From Candidatus Moraniibacteriota bacterium (GTDB lineage Bacteria; Patescibacteriota; Minisyncoccia; Moranbacterales; GCA-2747515): 32,328 nt of DNA. A program made the translations under genes and the position numbers. The stretch spans positions 1 to 32,328 of the forward strand of contig JAOZNB010000001.1 in assembly GCA_029933995.1 (NCBI GenBank). The letters are read 5' to 3'. Shown here in pieces: positions 16,489 through 25,721 of the stretch. The notes beneath the pieces are model-generated. The model saw only the letters and a list, made by a program, of their open reading frames with translations, was not told the DNA's origin and ran no database searches. Positions within the stretch are counted from its first letter, which is position 1, and each line of letters begins with the position of its first letter.

Positions 16489-16893
16489 ATGAATAAGAAT
16501 CAACTGGTTTTAATAATAATGGTAGTCATGTTTAGCATGGTGGGTATTTTTATGTTTGTAGTATTTAATTCAGATGATAATGATAGTATTGAGGAGTCAT
16601 TGCAAGATGCTGATGGTGAATATTTATTTGAGATTGATGGTGATACAGCTGATTATGTTGAAATAGAAAATGTAGATTCAAAGTCTTTTAAAAATACTGC
16701 TAGTGCTAGTGTTAGTGTTAGTGAGAATGATATTGTGCAAATTAAAGAAAAGCAGGTTCAAAATAATAATACAGAAAGTCAAGGGTCACCTGAAACAGGA
16801 CCTGGTTTTGTAGCAATGCTAATAGCGACTGTTGTTGCAATTATCTCTGCAGTATTTATATATAAAAAACAAGGTAAAAAAAACATTTTGTAG
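16489..16893 (+). CDS. Small acidic surface protein with an SPETG sorting signal
   Basis: N-terminal signal/anchor, an acidic low-complexity body, then a C-terminus of SPETG (16786-16800) plus a TM segment plus YKKQGKKNIL. Confidence 0.7.
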   Translation: MNKNQLVLIIMVVMFSMVGIFMFVVFNSDDNDSIEESLQDADGEYLFEIDGDTADYVEIENVDSKSFKNTASASVSVSENDIVQIKEKQVQNNNTESQGSPETGPGFVAMLIATVVAIISAVFIYKKQGKKNIL

Positions 16894-16911
16894 CAATTAT
16901 ATTTTATTAGT

Positions 16912-16947
16912 AAAAGTTTGCTGGAAGTTGGCGAGCTTTTATTTTTT
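16912..16947 (+). terminator. Intrinsic terminator
   Basis: AAAAGTTTGC / GCGAGCTTTT stem (10 bp including 2 G-U pairs) followed by ATTTTTT. Confidence 0.6.
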
Positions 16948-17044
16948 GTTATTCAATATAGATTTACTTGTGTTTTTGTAGCTTGAAGTTCACTTAAAAA
17001 TTAACTATCTAGGGTAACCTATTTATGAGCTATGCACTAATAAC

Positions 17045-17072
17045 TTGAGTGACATTCTTTAGGGGGTATAAT
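17045..17072 (+). promoter_or_regulatory. Candidate lepA promoter
   Basis: TTGAGT (17045-17050), a 16-nt spacer, then TATAAT (17067-17072). It lies inside the ORF-track N-terminal extension. Confidence 0.5.
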
Positions 17073-17114
17073 AAAGCATTGCCTAAACACCTTTTTTTCG
17101 GTATACTTTATTCT

Positions 17115-18920
17115 ATGAAAAACATTAGGAACTTTTGTATTATTGCGCATATTGATCATGGGAAGTCGACGTTGTCAGACCGACTTTTGGAGGTTACTGG
17201 AACGATAGAAGAGAGAGAAATGAAAGAGCAATTATTGGATACAATGGATTTAGAACGTGAGCGTGGAATTACGATTAAGTTGCAACCGGTACAGATGCAA
17301 TACAACTATAGTGACACAGAATATACATTGAATTTAATTGATACGCCAGGTCATGTAGATTTTGCTTATGAGGTATCTCGGTCACTTGCCGCTGTTGAGA
17401 GTGCTGTTTTGCTTGTGGATGCTTCGCAGGGTGTACAAGCACAAACACTTACAAACTTATATTTTGCACTTGAACAAGATCTTGAAATTATTCCAGTTTT
17501 AAATAAAATTGATTTACCAAATGCAGATGTTGAAAAGGTAAAAAAGGAAATTGTACATATACTTGGGTGTTCCGCTGATGATATTTTGTCTGTAAGTGGA
17601 AAAACAGGAGAAGGTGTAAAAGAATTGATAGGAGAAATAATTGAAAAAACACCAGAGCCAAGCGGAGATGTGGAGAAAATAACACGGGCACTAATTTTTG
17701 ATAGTGTATATGATTCATATAAAGGAGTACTTGCATATGTACGTGTTGTGGACGGTACTATAAATAAGCGAGATGATATTCATATGCTTATGACTAAGGG
17801 TCAGAGTAGTATAGTAGAATTAGGTCATTTACGTCCAAAGTATGAAAAATGTGATGACTTGCATGCAGGAGATATTGGTTATATTGCAACAGGATTCAAA
17901 AGTGTGTCTGAGTGTAAGGTTGGGGACACAATTACTTTAAAACAAAATGCAAAAACAGAAAATTACGATGAAATTGGACCACTTCCAGGTTATCAAGAAG
18001 TTCAGCCGATGGTATATGCTAGTTTTTATCCACTTGATGGAAGTGATTATAATTTAATGCGTGATGCATTGGAAAAATTAAAACTTAATGATGGAGCGTT
18101 TCGGTTTGAACCTGAGAGTAATAAGGCACTTGGAAGAGGTTTTAGGTGTGGATTTCTGGGCTTGCTACATCTTGAAATTATACAAGCAAGACTTGATAGG
18201 GAGTTTGATATGAATCCCACGATTACAACTCCAAGTGTTGTTTATAAGGTACACAAAAAAGATGTAGATGAATCAATTGAAATTTTTTCACCAACAGAAT
18301 TACCAGATTTGTCACAAGTTGATTTTATTGAAGAACCTTATGTAAAGCTTGAAATTATCGCACCGTCAGAACATTTAGGAAGGGTAATGGAACTTATGGG
18401 CAATACACGTGCAGAATATAGGACAACTGATTATATAGATGAAACTAGAGTACAACTTGTTTTTGATGCACCTCTTATGGATGTTATTGTGGATTTTCAT
18501 GATCAATTAAAAAGTGTTTCGAGTGGATATGCGTCTATGAATTATGAGATAATAGGATACAGGACAAGTGATTTGGTAAAGTTGGATATATTGGTTGCTG
18601 GGGATGTCGTAGAAGCATTTGCGAGAATTGTGCCGAGGGATGGTGCACACGGAGTAGGAAAGGTAACTGTAGATAAACTGAAAGAAGTATTACCAAGACA
18701 AAACTTTACAGTAGCAATTCAAGCGGCTATTGGTTCAAAAGTAATAGCAAGATCAACAATTAGTGCATTTCGTAAAGATGTTACAGCTGGACTCTATGGT
18801 GGAGATATTACAAGGAAGAGAAAACTACTTGAAAAACAAAAGAAAGGTAAGAAGCGAATGGCACAGTCAGGAAAGGTAGATATTCCGCCAGAGACTTTTC
18901 TAAAGGTGCTTCGAAAATAA
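17115..18920 (+). CDS. lepA: Translation elongation factor 4 (LepA)
   Basis: MKNIRNFCIIAHIDHGKSTLSDRLL, DTPGHVDF, NKID and a LepA-specific C-terminus (..GGDITRKRKLLEKQKKGKKRM). I prefer the start at ATG 17115 over the track's GTG 17049. Confidence 0.95.
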   Translation: MKNIRNFCIIAHIDHGKSTLSDRLLEVTGTIEEREMKEQLLDTMDLERERGITIKLQPVQMQYNYSDTEYTLNLIDTPGHVDFAYEVSRSLAAVESAVLLVDASQGVQAQTLTNLYFALEQDLEIIPVLNKIDLPNADVEKVKKEIVHILGCSADDILSVSGKTGEGVKELIGEIIEKTPEPSGDVEKITRALIFDSVYDSYKGVLAYVRVVDGTINKRDDIHMLMTKGQSSIVELGHLRPKYEKCDDLHAGDIGYIATGFKSVSECKVGDTITLKQNAKTENYDEIGPLPGYQEVQPMVYASFYPLDGSDYNLMRDALEKLKLNDGAFRFEPESNKALGRGFRCGFLGLLHLEIIQARLDREFDMNPTITTPSVVYKVHKKDVDESIEIFSPTELPDLSQVDFIEEPYVKLEIIAPSEHLGRVMELMGNTRAEYRTTDYIDETRVQLVFDAPLMDVIVDFHDQLKSVSSGYASMNYEIIGYRTSDLVKLDILVAGDVVEAFARIVPRDGAHGVGKVTVDKLKEVLPRQNFTVAIQAAIGSKVIARSTISAFRKDVTAGLYGGDITRKRKLLEKQKKGKKRMAQSGKVDIPPETFLKVLRK

Positions 18921-18980
18921 AAAAACTTGACAAATTAGCATTATGTGTTAGGGTTTAGTTATTAGAATTAAACAGTAGAA

Positions 18981-19166
18981 ATGAACAATCAAAATTATAC
19001 AAATCAAGAGAAAAATATAGTTTCAGCTACATTTGTAGCAGGATATACGTCTTTTTATGGTGAAATAATGGAGATTATTCGGGTAGTTTACTCTGTTTGT
19101 GTAGCTCCAAATATTTTTAGCCAGAGTGATTTTTATAAGTTTGATAAATTTTTATTGAAAACATAA
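18981..19166 (+). CDS. Hypothetical 61-aa ORF (doubtful)
   Basis: This is the only ORF in the 377-bp lepA-ABC gap. It has no SD and no recognisable motif. It lies upstream of the terminator at 19196. Confidence 0.2.
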   Translation: MNNQNYTNQEKNIVSATFVAGYTSFYGEIMEIIRVVYSVCVAPNIFSQSDFYKFDKFLLKT

Positions 19167-19195
19167 AATTAAAATTTAAAAACTTTTTAAAGATT

Positions 19196-19230
19196 ATCTC
19201 GGCTAAATAAGAAGTCGAGATTTTTATTTT
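19196..19230 (+). terminator. Intrinsic terminator
   Basis: ATCTCGGC / GTCGAGAT stem followed by TTTTATTTT. Confidence 0.65.
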
Positions 19231-19297
19231 ATAACTTAAAAGAATATATCAAAAGTTTTTTAAAAGGCAAAGAGTTAATTAAATTAAAGGAGAGATT

Positions 19298-21064
19298 ATG
19301 AAAAAAAGTAAAGTAAAAACAAATGGTTTTTGGTTAGATTTATGGAAATTATTGTCGCCATCAAAAATTGATTTCAAAAAAATTTTTATTTTGACAATCA
19401 TTTATGAATTGGTTGCGCTATTAGGTCCATATTTCTTAAAATTAATCATTGATAGGGTTATAACATTTAATCCTGAAGAAGTCGGCATTATTATTATTTT
19501 AATTGCTGCGATGTTTGTGAGTGAACAAGCAAAGTCTGGTATTAATTATTTTAAAGAAAAGATAATTTTTAGGATGTTGCTTGCGATAGAATATTATTTG
19601 CCAGTACGAGCACAAGAAAAATTAGTCAATCTTTCATTGTCGTATCATGAAAAAGAAAATACGGGCAATAAGATTGTAAAGATTGAAAAAGGTGTCAATA
19701 AAATTGTTGATTTCATGGCAAACCTTAGTTGGGAAGTTATTCCAACAATATTACAATTAATTATAACGTTGCTAGTACTGTTTATAATCGAATGGAGATT
19801 TGGTGTTGCGATGTTATTTTTTGCACCGTTATTTATCTGGATAACTTTTTGGGTAAATGAAAAGGTAAATCCTGTACGAAAAAAGAGGTATAAAGATCAA
19901 GAGGTTGCCTCTGGGCGAATGGTACAGTCTATTATTAACGTTAATACTGTAAAATCATTTGTTCAAGAAAAAACTGAAGTTAGGGGTTTTGCAAAAATAA
20001 GAGAAATAATAAGAGTAAATGAAACAAGGGAGTGGAATTATGTACTTAAAATTGGACTTGGTAGAAATCTAATTATTGATTTAGGACGAAGTACAACACT
20101 TTTGTTGGGAGTTTATCTTGCGTTACACAATCAGATTAGTGTGGGTATGCTGATTTTTGTTATTACACTTTCAGAGAAGGCTTATTTTTCACTTTTTAGA
20201 TTGTCTAGGTTTTATGATAAAATTGAAGAGGGTAAAGAAGCTGTGCGGAGATTTATGACATTGTTGGATGCAAAAAATCCAATAAAAAATCCAAAGAATG
20301 GATTTGTGCCAACTAAAATTATTGGTAAAGTTGAATTTAGAAATGTTAATTTTTCTTATAATGAAGATAAAATAAAAGCTCTTGATAAGATTGATTTACT
20401 TATTAATTCTGGATGCGTGACAGCATTTGTTGGTCCGTCTGGAGGAGGTAAAACAACTTTAGCTAGAATGATTTATCGTCATTATGATCCGATTTCGGGT
20501 GGAGTATTTTTAGATGGAAAGGATTTGCGAGAGTATGATTTGTACGAGTTTCGTAAGTTTATGTCAATTGTTCCACAAGAGGTGGAAGTATTTGACCTTA
20601 CTGTTGGAGAAAATATTGCTTATGCAAAAGTGGGAGCAAGTTTCAAAGAAATTAAGGCTGCAGCAAAAATGGCTAATGCTGATGAATTTATTAGTAAACT
20701 TCCCCAGGGGTATGATACCAAGGTTGGTGAGAGAGGCATAAAACTCTCAGGCGGGCAAAGACAACGATTGGGAATTGCACGAGCTCTCTTGGTTAATCCA
20801 CGAATCTTGATTTTTGATGAGGCGACTAGTAGTCTTGACTCTCAAAGTGAGAGACTTATTCAAGAAGCTATGGAAAGAATTAGTCGGGGTCGTACAACAA
20901 TTATCATTGCGCATCGTTTGAGTACGATTAAAAAAGCAGATAAAATTGTTGTAATTGAAGATGGTAAGATCGCCGAAGAGGGAAATCATATGGAACTTTC
21001 CAAAAATAGAGGTAGTGTATATGCAAAATTGCTAAAGCTGCAAAAAGTTGGTGAAGTGAATTGA
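19298..21064 (+). CDS. ABC exporter, fused TMD-NBD (MsbA/multidrug type)
   Basis: Six-TM N-terminal half. Walker A is GPSGGGKTT, the signature is LSGGQRQRLGIARAL and Walker B is ILIFDEATS. A strong SD (AAAGGAGAG) lies upstream. Confidence 0.9.
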   Translation: MKKSKVKTNGFWLDLWKLLSPSKIDFKKIFILTIIYELVALLGPYFLKLIIDRVITFNPEEVGIIIILIAAMFVSEQAKSGINYFKEKIIFRMLLAIEYYLPVRAQEKLVNLSLSYHEKENTGNKIVKIEKGVNKIVDFMANLSWEVIPTILQLIITLLVLFIIEWRFGVAMLFFAPLFIWITFWVNEKVNPVRKKRYKDQEVASGRMVQSIINVNTVKSFVQEKTEVRGFAKIREIIRVNETREWNYVLKIGLGRNLIIDLGRSTTLLLGVYLALHNQISVGMLIFVITLSEKAYFSLFRLSRFYDKIEEGKEAVRRFMTLLDAKNPIKNPKNGFVPTKIIGKVEFRNVNFSYNEDKIKALDKIDLLINSGCVTAFVGPSGGGKTTLARMIYRHYDPISGGVFLDGKDLREYDLYEFRKFMSIVPQEVEVFDLTVGENIAYAKVGASFKEIKAAAKMANADEFISKLPQGYDTKVGERGIKLSGGQRQRLGIARALLVNPRILIFDEATSSLDSQSERLIQEAMERISRGRTTIIIAHRLSTIKKADKIVVIEDGKIAEEGNHMELSKNRGSVYAKLLKLQKVGEVN

Positions 21065-21083
21065 TTTAACTTCATTTAGGTAG

Positions 21084-21112
21084 AAAGCGAGAATGTATCA
21101 TTCTCGCTTTTT
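21084..21112 (+). terminator. Intrinsic terminator
   Basis: AAAGCGAGAATG-tat-CATTCTCGCTTT followed by TT. Confidence 0.8.
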
Positions 21113-21146
21113 CACTAATAAAATGATTAAATATAAAATTTTTATT

Positions 21147-21175
21147 TTGACGATTAGATAAAATAATAGTAATAT
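21147..21175 (+). promoter_or_regulatory. Candidate promoter of the mre operon
   Basis: TTGACG (21147-21152), a 17-nt spacer, then TAATAT (21170-21175). Confidence 0.5.
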
Positions 21176-21274
21176 AAGGTGAGTTACAAAAATAAAAATA
21201 CAAATACAAGTAAAATAAAGACAGTTAAAAGAACTGGCTTTTTGTCGTATATTATATATTTTAATATAAAGTGA

Positions 21275-22369
21275 ATGAAAAGAATTATAAATAATGTTTC
21301 AAAAATATCAAAAAAAATTAGTGGTAAAATCTTTGGAAATTTATCCAAAGATATTGGTATTGATTTGGGTACAGCAAATACTTTAGTGTATGTGAGTGGT
21401 AGTGGAATTGTAATCAATGAGCCGTCAGTCGTTGCAATGAATAATCGTACGGGTCAAATTCTTGCTATTGGTAAATCAGCAAAGCGTATGGTGGGCAAAA
21501 CTCCAGCGCATATTGTAGCAACACGACCGCTTGTGGATGGTGTGGTGAGTGATTTTGAGGTAACAGAGCAGATGCTTAAATATTTTTTTGATCAAGTGCA
21601 CAAAGATTCATTTTCGCTATTACCGAGACCACGTGTTTTAATAGGTATTCCTTCTGGAGTTACTGAGGTAGAAAAACGTGCTGTAATTGATGCTGCTATA
21701 AGTGCTGGTGCGCGTGAAGCATATCTTATTGATGAGCCAATGGCCGCCTCAATTGGTGCAAGGTTGCCAGTAACAGATGCAAGCGGAAACATGATTGTTG
21801 ATATTGGTGGAGGAACTAGTGAAATTGCTGTTATATCTTTGGGTGGTGTTGTTGCTGCTAGGTCGCTTCGAGTTGCTGGAGATGAAATGAATGAAGATAT
21901 TATCAGATACATGCGAGATGAATTTAATCTACTCATAGGTGAGAGGACGTCAGAAGAAATAAAGATAACAGTGGGTAGCGCATATCCACAAAAAACACAA
22001 TTAAAGATGAAGGTGCGAGGAAGGGATCTTGTAACAGGCTTACCTAGTGAAGTAACTGTTACAGATGATCATATTCGTGATGCACTTTCAAGGAGTGTGC
22101 GTATAATTGTAAATACTATTAAAACAATTATTGAAGAAACTCCGCCAGAATTACTTGCTGATGTAATGCAAAGAGGTATTATACTTGCTGGTGGGGGAGG
22201 TTTGACACGAGGATTGGATAAACTGATTGCAAATGAAACAAAGATGCCTGTGATGAAAATGGAAGACCCTCTTACAGCTGTGGTACGTGGTACAGGTATT
22301 GTGTTAGAAGATTTAGATAACCTACGTGAAGTATTAATTGAAACCGATCAGATGGCACCTCTTAGATAA
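21275..22369 (+). CDS. mreB: Rod-shape determining actin homologue MreB
   Basis: DIGIDLGTANTLVYV, EPMAASIGA and VDIGGGTSEIAVISLGG motifs. The N-terminus is about 14 aa longer than the E. coli protein. Confidence 0.95.
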   Translation: MKRIINNVSKISKKISGKIFGNLSKDIGIDLGTANTLVYVSGSGIVINEPSVVAMNNRTGQILAIGKSAKRMVGKTPAHIVATRPLVDGVVSDFEVTEQMLKYFFDQVHKDSFSLLPRPRVLIGIPSGVTEVEKRAVIDAAISAGAREAYLIDEPMAASIGARLPVTDASGNMIVDIGGGTSEIAVISLGGVVAARSLRVAGDEMNEDIIRYMRDEFNLLIGERTSEEIKITVGSAYPQKTQLKMKVRGRDLVTGLPSEVTVTDDHIRDALSRSVRIIVNTIKTIIEETPPELLADVMQRGIILAGGGGLTRGLDKLIANETKMPVMKMEDPLTAVVRGTGIVLEDLDNLREVLIETDQMAPLR

Positions 22370-22395
22370 TCATATTTATAAAGAATGTTGTTTAT

Positions 22396-23199
22396 ATGCA
22401 ATCAATTCATAAAAATAAACGTAAAAAAAATATTTTTATTTATATCATTATAATTATTGTAGTGATTATTATAAATCCGTTTAATATATTTGGGTCTGTG
22501 CGTAATATTATCATGATACCACTTACGCCAGTAATTCGGTTTGGATTTGGTCCAGGGTCATATATATCAGAGCACGTTAGTATGATTTTTCAGATAGGGA
22601 CACTTTATCGAGATAATCAAGATTTACAAAATAAAGTACAGCAGTTAGAGGCCGGAAATGCAAGTACGCAAGATATTAAAAATGAAAATGAGATATTACG
22701 TAATACACTAAATTTATTACCTCATGATGGGCTAAATTTAATTGGGTCAGATGTGATATTACGGGATTCTTTGGGTGGTAATCAATGGATTCTTGTAAAT
22801 AGAGGAACAAAGGATGGAGTGACTGTGGGTATGCCTGTTATAGTAAACGAGAATGTTTTAGTTGGTGTTGTGGATGAAGTTGATGATAAAACTGCACGTG
22901 TGCGTCTTATAACACATCCAGATAGTACAGTGAATATTGTAAGTGCACGAACTGGAGCTGAAGCAATTGCATACGGAAAACATGGATTATCAGTTGTAGT
23001 AGAAGATATTAAAAAAGATAGTGATGTTATAGACGGAGATGTATTTATTACCTCAGATATTGGTAATACATTCTCACGGGGTATTAGTGTAGGTACCGTG
23101 CAAAATATAACAAGTTCAGTAGATAATCTATTTCAAAAAGCATATATGTTACCACTTGCTTCTTTGGACGATTTACGTTTTGTATTTATTGTAAAATAA
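22396..23199 (+). CDS. mreC: Rod-shape determining protein MreC
   Basis: N-terminal TM, a coiled-coil (LQNKVQQLEAGN..NENEILRNTLNL), then beta-barrel repeats (G.PV......VG.V). It sits between mreB and mreD. Confidence 0.8.
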   Translation: MQSIHKNKRKKNIFIYIIIIIVVIIINPFNIFGSVRNIIMIPLTPVIRFGFGPGSYISEHVSMIFQIGTLYRDNQDLQNKVQQLEAGNASTQDIKNENEILRNTLNLLPHDGLNLIGSDVILRDSLGGNQWILVNRGTKDGVTVGMPVIVNENVLVGVVDEVDDKTARVRLITHPDSTVNIVSARTGAEAIAYGKHGLSVVVEDIKKDSDVIDGDVFITSDIGNTFSRGISVGTVQNITSSVDNLFQKAYMLPLASLDDLRFVFIVK

Positions 23200-23204
23200 A
23201 TAAT

Positions 23205-23711
23205 ATGGTTAGTTTTTTTATTCGTTCGGGTATTATTTTAATTGCTATCATATTAGCAATAGGATTTGCTAATGGGTTAAAGGTGGATTCTTTTATGATT
23301 GCATGTATGTTTATATGTGCATGGATTACTATAGTTACTTTTAGAAATATTTTTTGGTGGATTATGGGATTTTCTATAATATTTGGACTTGTTCATTATG
23401 ATATGTTAGTTATATATATTGTGAGTATGTTAGGTGTGGCAATTTTGTTTGACTTAGCTTATTCATATGTACGTCGAAGTGCGAACGATAATTTCATTAC
23501 TTTATATGCTATGGCATTTGTCTTTGCTAGTGTAGTAATGACTTTAATGGAATTTATAATGTATCGTTATGTATTTATAAATGTTATTACAACTATAATT
23601 AATATTGTTGTAACACTATGTCTATTTACTGTATTTAGATTTTTAATTAAGCGTGCAGAACGGTTTATAAATTTATATACACATGGCACGGATATGCGAT
23701 GTCATACGTAA
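23205..23711 (+). CDS. mreD: Rod-shape determining protein MreD (putative)
   Basis: 168 aa and polytopic. The call rests on its position after mreC; sequence conservation in this family is weak. Confidence 0.6.
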   Translation: MVSFFIRSGIILIAIILAIGFANGLKVDSFMIACMFICAWITIVTFRNIFWWIMGFSIIFGLVHYDMLVIYIVSMLGVAILFDLAYSYVRRSANDNFITLYAMAFVFASVVMTLMEFIMYRYVFINVITTIINIVVTLCLFTVFRFLIKRAERFINLYTHGTDMRCHT

Positions 23712-23718
23712 AACATAT

Positions 23719-25653
23719 ATGAAATTTAAGAAAATAAATGTAAATACAAGCGAAATAGAAGATGCTGTTTTGACAGCATCTGAAAAAGAAGCATCTCATA
23801 TGGCTTTCGATTTTGACAAGAGATGGTTTATTATTTTCTTTGGCGCAGTCCTTTTGGTTATAGTTTTGCTGATTGCACGTGTATTTTATTTATCTGTTGT
23901 AAAAGGCGAATATTATGCCTTTGTTGCATCAGGTAATAGTGTGCGGTCTGTGCCTATTATTGCGCCACGAGGAACGATATATGATGTAGAGGGCAATATT
24001 TTAGCTGATAATATGCCTAGTCGTAGTATAATTGTGTTACCATCGCTATTGCCAGAAGATATTGAAGTAAAAAAACAAATGACTCAAAAGCTTGCAGATA
24101 TATTATCTTTAGATAAAATGCATATTAGTACAGCTATGGATGAGGCATTGGAAACTGGCATGGAAAATACAATTGTTGAAAATATTACACATGAGCAAGC
24201 ACTAGAATTGCGTGCGCATGAAAGAGAATTTCCAGGTATTCACATTCAACAAACTGCTGTACGTAATTATGTGAACGGTGAAAAGTTTGCACACATTATA
24301 GGATATGAAGGATTGATTCAAAAAAAAGAAAGAGAAGAAAATCCTGACTATTTATTGATAGATAGAATTGGTAAGACAGGCATAGAATATCAATATGAAA
24401 AATATTTACATGGAAAACATGGTGCAGAACAAGTACTTGTGGATAGTCGTGGAAATATTGTAAAAGACCTTGTGGATATTGTATCAGAAAATGGATTTGA
24501 AGTTCATCTGAATATAGATGCACAGTTGCAAAGTTTTTTATATGATAGATTGACAAAAGAATTAGAGCGAGCTCAGACACGTAAAGCTATGGCAATTATT
24601 ATGGATCCTCGTGATGGAGCTGTACGAGCCATGGTTAGTTTGCCGTCATATGATAATAATAAGTTTGCTCAGGGCATTGATTCTGAGACATATAGTAATT
24701 GGATTACAGATGATGATAGACCGCTTTTTAATCGTGCAATTGGAGGTGTATATGCTCCAGGGTCTACAATAAAACCAAATATGGGAATTGCAGTGCTTGC
24801 AGAAAATATTATTTCTGCAAGTCACAAAATAGAAAGTCGTGGAGGATTACAATTAGGTAGTTTTTTCTTTGGAGATTGGAAAATTCATGGATTTACTGAC
24901 TTGAGACAAGCTATTGCAGTTTCTAGTGATGTTTATTTTTATACAATTGGTGGTGGTTATGGTGATATTGTAGGACTTGGTATTGAGAGGATGAAACAAT
25001 ATATGACGAAATTTGGTTATGGTGAAAAAACAGGTATTGATTTGCCAGGTGAAGTATCAGGATTTTATCCCGATAAGCAATGGAAAGAAGATGAGATTGG
25101 GGAAAGATGGTATATAGGTAATACATACCATGCTTCAATCGGTCAGGGATATATTACAGCAACGGCTTTACAAGTATTAAATGCGATAGCGTCACTTGCA
25201 AATGGAGGCACTCTATATGAGCCACACATAGTATCACGCATTGTAGATAAAAATACTGAGACACAGATTGATATTGAAAAAAAAGTTATTAGAGATAATA
25301 TTGCAGATAGTGATGATATAAAAATAATACAAGAAGGAATGCGTCAGACCGTGACAGAGGGAACTGCAACAATGCTTTCTGCATTGGATGTGCCAATTGC
25401 AGGGAAGACGGGTACAGCACAATTTGGTGGTAGCGAAAAAGTTCATTCATGGTTTGTGTCCTATGCACCATATGATGATCCAGAAATGGTTATGGTGATA
25501 ATGGTAGAAGGTCAAACAAGTGAAATTTCATCAGCAACAGTGCCAGTAGCATATGACGTTTATAAGTGGTATTTTGGTGGACGTGATGAAAGTATTTTTG
25601 AACAAACTGAAGAAACTGTCGCAGAACAAAACCAGAATAATGAAATTGAATAG
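23719..25653 (+). CDS. mrdA: Penicillin-binding protein 2 (elongation transpeptidase)
   Basis: N-terminal anchor, a dimerisation domain and a transpeptidase domain with the motifs GSTIKP (SxxK), SSD and KTGTA. The ORF track starts at 23683, overlapping mreD by 29 nt. ATG 23719 avoids the overlap. Confidence 0.85.
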   Translation: MKFKKINVNTSEIEDAVLTASEKEASHMAFDFDKRWFIIFFGAVLLVIVLLIARVFYLSVVKGEYYAFVASGNSVRSVPIIAPRGTIYDVEGNILADNMPSRSIIVLPSLLPEDIEVKKQMTQKLADILSLDKMHISTAMDEALETGMENTIVENITHEQALELRAHEREFPGIHIQQTAVRNYVNGEKFAHIIGYEGLIQKKEREENPDYLLIDRIGKTGIEYQYEKYLHGKHGAEQVLVDSRGNIVKDLVDIVSENGFEVHLNIDAQLQSFLYDRLTKELERAQTRKAMAIIMDPRDGAVRAMVSLPSYDNNKFAQGIDSETYSNWITDDDRPLFNRAIGGVYAPGSTIKPNMGIAVLAENIISASHKIESRGGLQLGSFFFGDWKIHGFTDLRQAIAVSSDVYFYTIGGGYGDIVGLGIERMKQYMTKFGYGEKTGIDLPGEVSGFYPDKQWKEDEIGERWYIGNTYHASIGQGYITATALQVLNAIASLANGGTLYEPHIVSRIVDKNTETQIDIEKKVIRDNIADSDDIKIIQEGMRQTVTEGTATMLSALDVPIAGKTGTAQFGGSEKVHSWFVSYAPYDDPEMVMVIMVEGQTSEISSATVPVAYDVYKWYFGGRDESIFEQTEETVAEQNQNNEIE

Positions 25654-25721
25654 GGGATTGCTTTTTGAGATAAATAAGATATAATAGAATTATTGAAATA
25701 ATTTTTTATGAAATAATAATT

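Noticed and set aside
17049-17114. GTG 17049 as the lepA start (N-terminal MTFFRGYNKALPKHLFFGILYS extension).
   Set aside because: The extension overlaps a TTGAGT-N16-TATAAT promoter. LepA proteins normally begin a few residues before the IRNF.IIAHIDHGKST motif, so ATG 17115 fits.
18927-18954. TTGACA-N16-TAGGGT as the promoter of an sRNA downstream of lepA.
   Set aside because: The -10 element is poor and the region has no recognisable RNA motif. It is kept only as a low-interest note.
21184-21417. 77-aa minus-strand ORF overlapping the mreB start and promoter.
   Set aside because: The translation is hydrophobic and low-complexity, reflecting AT-rich leader DNA. It also conflicts with the strongly supported mreB CDS.
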